From NCBI GenBank assembly GCA_943788175.1, contig CALSPG010000007.1, positions 346,258 to 410,257 on the forward strand: a DNA stretch of 64,000 nucleotides, in the 5' to 3' direction. The notes under the pieces are model-generated. The model ran no database searches. It was not told the origin of the DNA and saw only the letters and a list, made by a program, of their open reading frames with translations. This document shows, piece after piece, positions 62,545-64,000 of the stretch. Both the position numbers and the translations under genes were made by a program. Origin of the DNA: an uncultured bacterium. GTDB lineage: Bacteria > Fidelibacterota > Marinisomatia > Marinisomatales > UBA1611. Position 1 is the first letter of the stretch, and every line of letters starts with the position of its first letter.

Positions 62545-62973
62545 GTTTTTGGCTTTAAAAATGTTAATTAATTTTAATAATGCTATAATTTCAATGGCGA
62601 CAATGATGATATGAAGAATTAAATCTGTGGTGGGATCGACAGGCGCATTTGCTAATGGATAAAGAGGATCAATTATTGTTTCTTGTCCTTCCCGAAAAAC
62701 ATTCATAACAAACATAATGATAAATAGTTTAACATCTTGTGATAGCATTATTAAAAAAGAAATTACAGCCATAGTGCCAGTCCTGCCCGCAAATTCATAA
62801 ATCAGGTTTTTATTTGGAATACCCTCGGTTGTAATCCCTGATGCCGAAACTGCGTCGATATCAAAGTAAAATTGATATGTCTGCTGAATGACAATCATAG
62901 TTAATAAAATTTGTACAATATTTATCCAGATCGGTATAGGACTTGTTTTAAAATGGTTAATTAAGGATTTCAT
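62542..62973 (-). CDS. hypothetical membrane protein (about 4 TM segments)
   Basis: Hydrophobic helices; divergent from the second hxlR. Its TGA stop lies inside repeat copy 2. Confidence 0.7.
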   Translation of the reverse strand: MKSLINHFKTSPIPIWINIVQILLTMIVIQQTYQFYFDIDAVSASGITTEGIPNKNLIYEFAGRTGTMAVISFLIMLSQDVKLFIIMFVMNVFREGQETIIDPLYPLANAPVDPTTDLILHIIIVAIEIIALLKLINIFKAKN

Positions 62974-63060
62974 TTTTTATATTTAGTTTAATTTGTTACC
63001 TAAAGTTATTAATGATAGATACTTTTAGTAACTTATATATTATCAAATAGTCAAATAGTA

Positions 63061-63076
63061 GTTACTTCAAAGTAAC
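63061..63076. promoter_or_regulatory. 7-2-7 inverted repeat, probable HxlR operator
   Basis: gttactt-ca-aagtaac; related site gatacttttagtaac at 63018-63032. Confidence 0.6.
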
Positions 63077-63096
63077 AATTAAGAGGATTTAATATT

Positions 63097-63420
63097 ATGA
63101 AACACAATAAGTGTCCTTTGACATATGCTTTAACTATTGTAGGTGGGAAATGGAAACCGATTATTATATCTCATTTAAAAAAATCACCTAAACGATTCGG
63201 AAAACTTGATGCTCTAATTCCAACAATTTCAAGAAAAGTATTGTCTACCCAATTATCAGAACTAGTTGGACACAAAATGTTAAATAGGGTTTCATATCCT
63301 GAAACACCCCCAAGAGTAGAATATTCATTGACAGATAAAGCAAAAGAACTAGTTCCAATTTTCGAAACACTTGCAGAATGGGGATATGAATTAGTTAAAA
63401 AAAATGAAAATAAAGAATAA
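63097..63420 (+). CDS. HxlR family winged-helix regulator
   Basis: KCPLTYALTIVGGKWKPII, ISRKVLSTQLSEL, TPPRVEYSLT. Confidence 0.92.
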   Translation: MKHNKCPLTYALTIVGGKWKPIIISHLKKSPKRFGKLDALIPTISRKVLSTQLSELVGHKMLNRVSYPETPPRVEYSLTDKAKELVPIFETLAEWGYELVKKNENKE

Positions 63421-63446
63421 TTTTACTTCACATTCTTTATTAGATC

Positions 63447-63486
63447 AAAAGCACTAAATGCACTGGTAATACACTGGTCATTTTTA
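63447..63486 (+). repeat. direct repeat copy 3 (arm only, 40 bp identical to 60951-60990)
   Basis: aaaagcactaaatgcactggtaatacactggtcattttta. Confidence 0.92.
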
Positions 63487-63516
63487 ATAGGATAATTATT
63501 TGTAGATTTGATAAGT

Positions 63517-64000
63517 ATGAAGAAATATCTATTCATAGTTTTATTAATTGGCTTTTGGGGATGTAATATTCTTCAAAAAAAAGATATTATTGCACTTTTT
63601 GACTATGAGCCTATTAATTATGATGGCAGTATAAATGCATTGATTGAAATTCCTGCCGGCACTTTAAAAAAATGGGAGTTTAACAAAGTAAGTGGATTAA
63701 TTGAATTAGAAATAATTAATAATAAGCCAAGAATAATAGATTATTTGGGATATCCTGCCAACTATGGAATGATTCCCAAAACATTATTAGCAAAAAAAAA
63801 TGGGGGAGATGGTGACCCTTTAGATATTATAGTTATAGGGCCTCCGCAAGAAAAAGGGAGTGTTGTTAAATGCAAAATTATTGGAGTACTCCATCTCATC
63901 GACAATTTAGAGAAGGACGATAAACTAATTGCGGTATTGCATAATTCAACATTAAATAATATCAATGGCATTAAAGAATTAGATGCCAATTATAATGGGA
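63517..64000 (+). CDS. ppa: family I inorganic pyrophosphatase with lipoprotein signal peptide (3'-truncated; not in the ORF track)
   Basis: Manual translation: MKKYLFIVLLIGFWGC...IEIPAG..KWE...YPANYGMIPKT...DGDPLDI...DDKLIAV, open to the window end. Confidence 0.88.
   Translation, partial: MKKYLFIVLLIGFWGCNILQKKDIIALFDYEPINYDGSINALIEIPAGTLKKWEFNKVSGLIELEIINNKPRIIDYLGYPANYGMIPKTLLAKKNGGDGDPLDIIVIGPPQEKGSVVKCKIIGVLHLIDNLEKDDKLIAVLHNSTLNNINGIKELDANYNG

Larger units (their letters stand above)
60985..64000. mobile_element. tRNA-Pro-anchored island of tandem small cargo modules (no integrase in window; runs off the right edge)
   Basis: att-like duplication of the tRNA 3' end at 62389, third partial repeat at 63447, and self-contained regulator+target modules between the repeats. 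Confidence 0.7.

Noticed and set aside
60832-63486. CRISPR array or classical attC integron
   Set aside because: The intervals are 1-1.5 kb and gene-bearing, the repeats derive from a tRNA, and no cas gene, intI or RYYYAAC/GTTRRRY attC ends were seen.

Overview
AT-rich, densely coding bacterial chromosome segment, mostly core genes. The gene content (T9SS/FlgD-type C-terminal domains, a PorV-like barrel, DUF2480, DUF6913, DUF3467) points to the FCB group, most plausibly a marine Marinimicrobia (SAR406)-like genome; this is inferred, not tested. From left to right: (1) a cell-envelope operon combining an OB-fold/FlgD protein, a PorV/PorQ-like barrel, a ComEA-HhH barrel, a FadL-like barrel and two exported EEP nucleases, which may be an extracellular DNA capture locus; (2) housekeeping genes (nudF, queG, mdh, rpmA, rplU, rng, pepE, cysQ, thyX); (3) a fused E1 alpha/beta 2-oxoacid dehydrogenase, a FabD-like acyltransferase and glutaryl-CoA dehydrogenase, with no E2/E3 nearby; (4) bfr, birA and a split-type methylmalonyl-CoA mutase; (5) a TonB-dependent receptor with Ca-binding-type repeat insertions, behind a CTD-bearing surface protein; (6) etfBA-fadF, the suf operon with an Rrf2 regulator and operator, a selenocysteine-containing selD, korAB, fumC, PBP1A, pdp and lptF; (7) tRNA-His and tRNA-Pro followed by a tandem array of small integrase-less cargo modules separated by tRNA-Pro-derived repeats. 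Several first-in-unit genes show a TAnnTT-N5-start signature that suggests leaderless transcripts. Scattered frameshifts, including several in lptF, are most likely sequencing or assembly indels.
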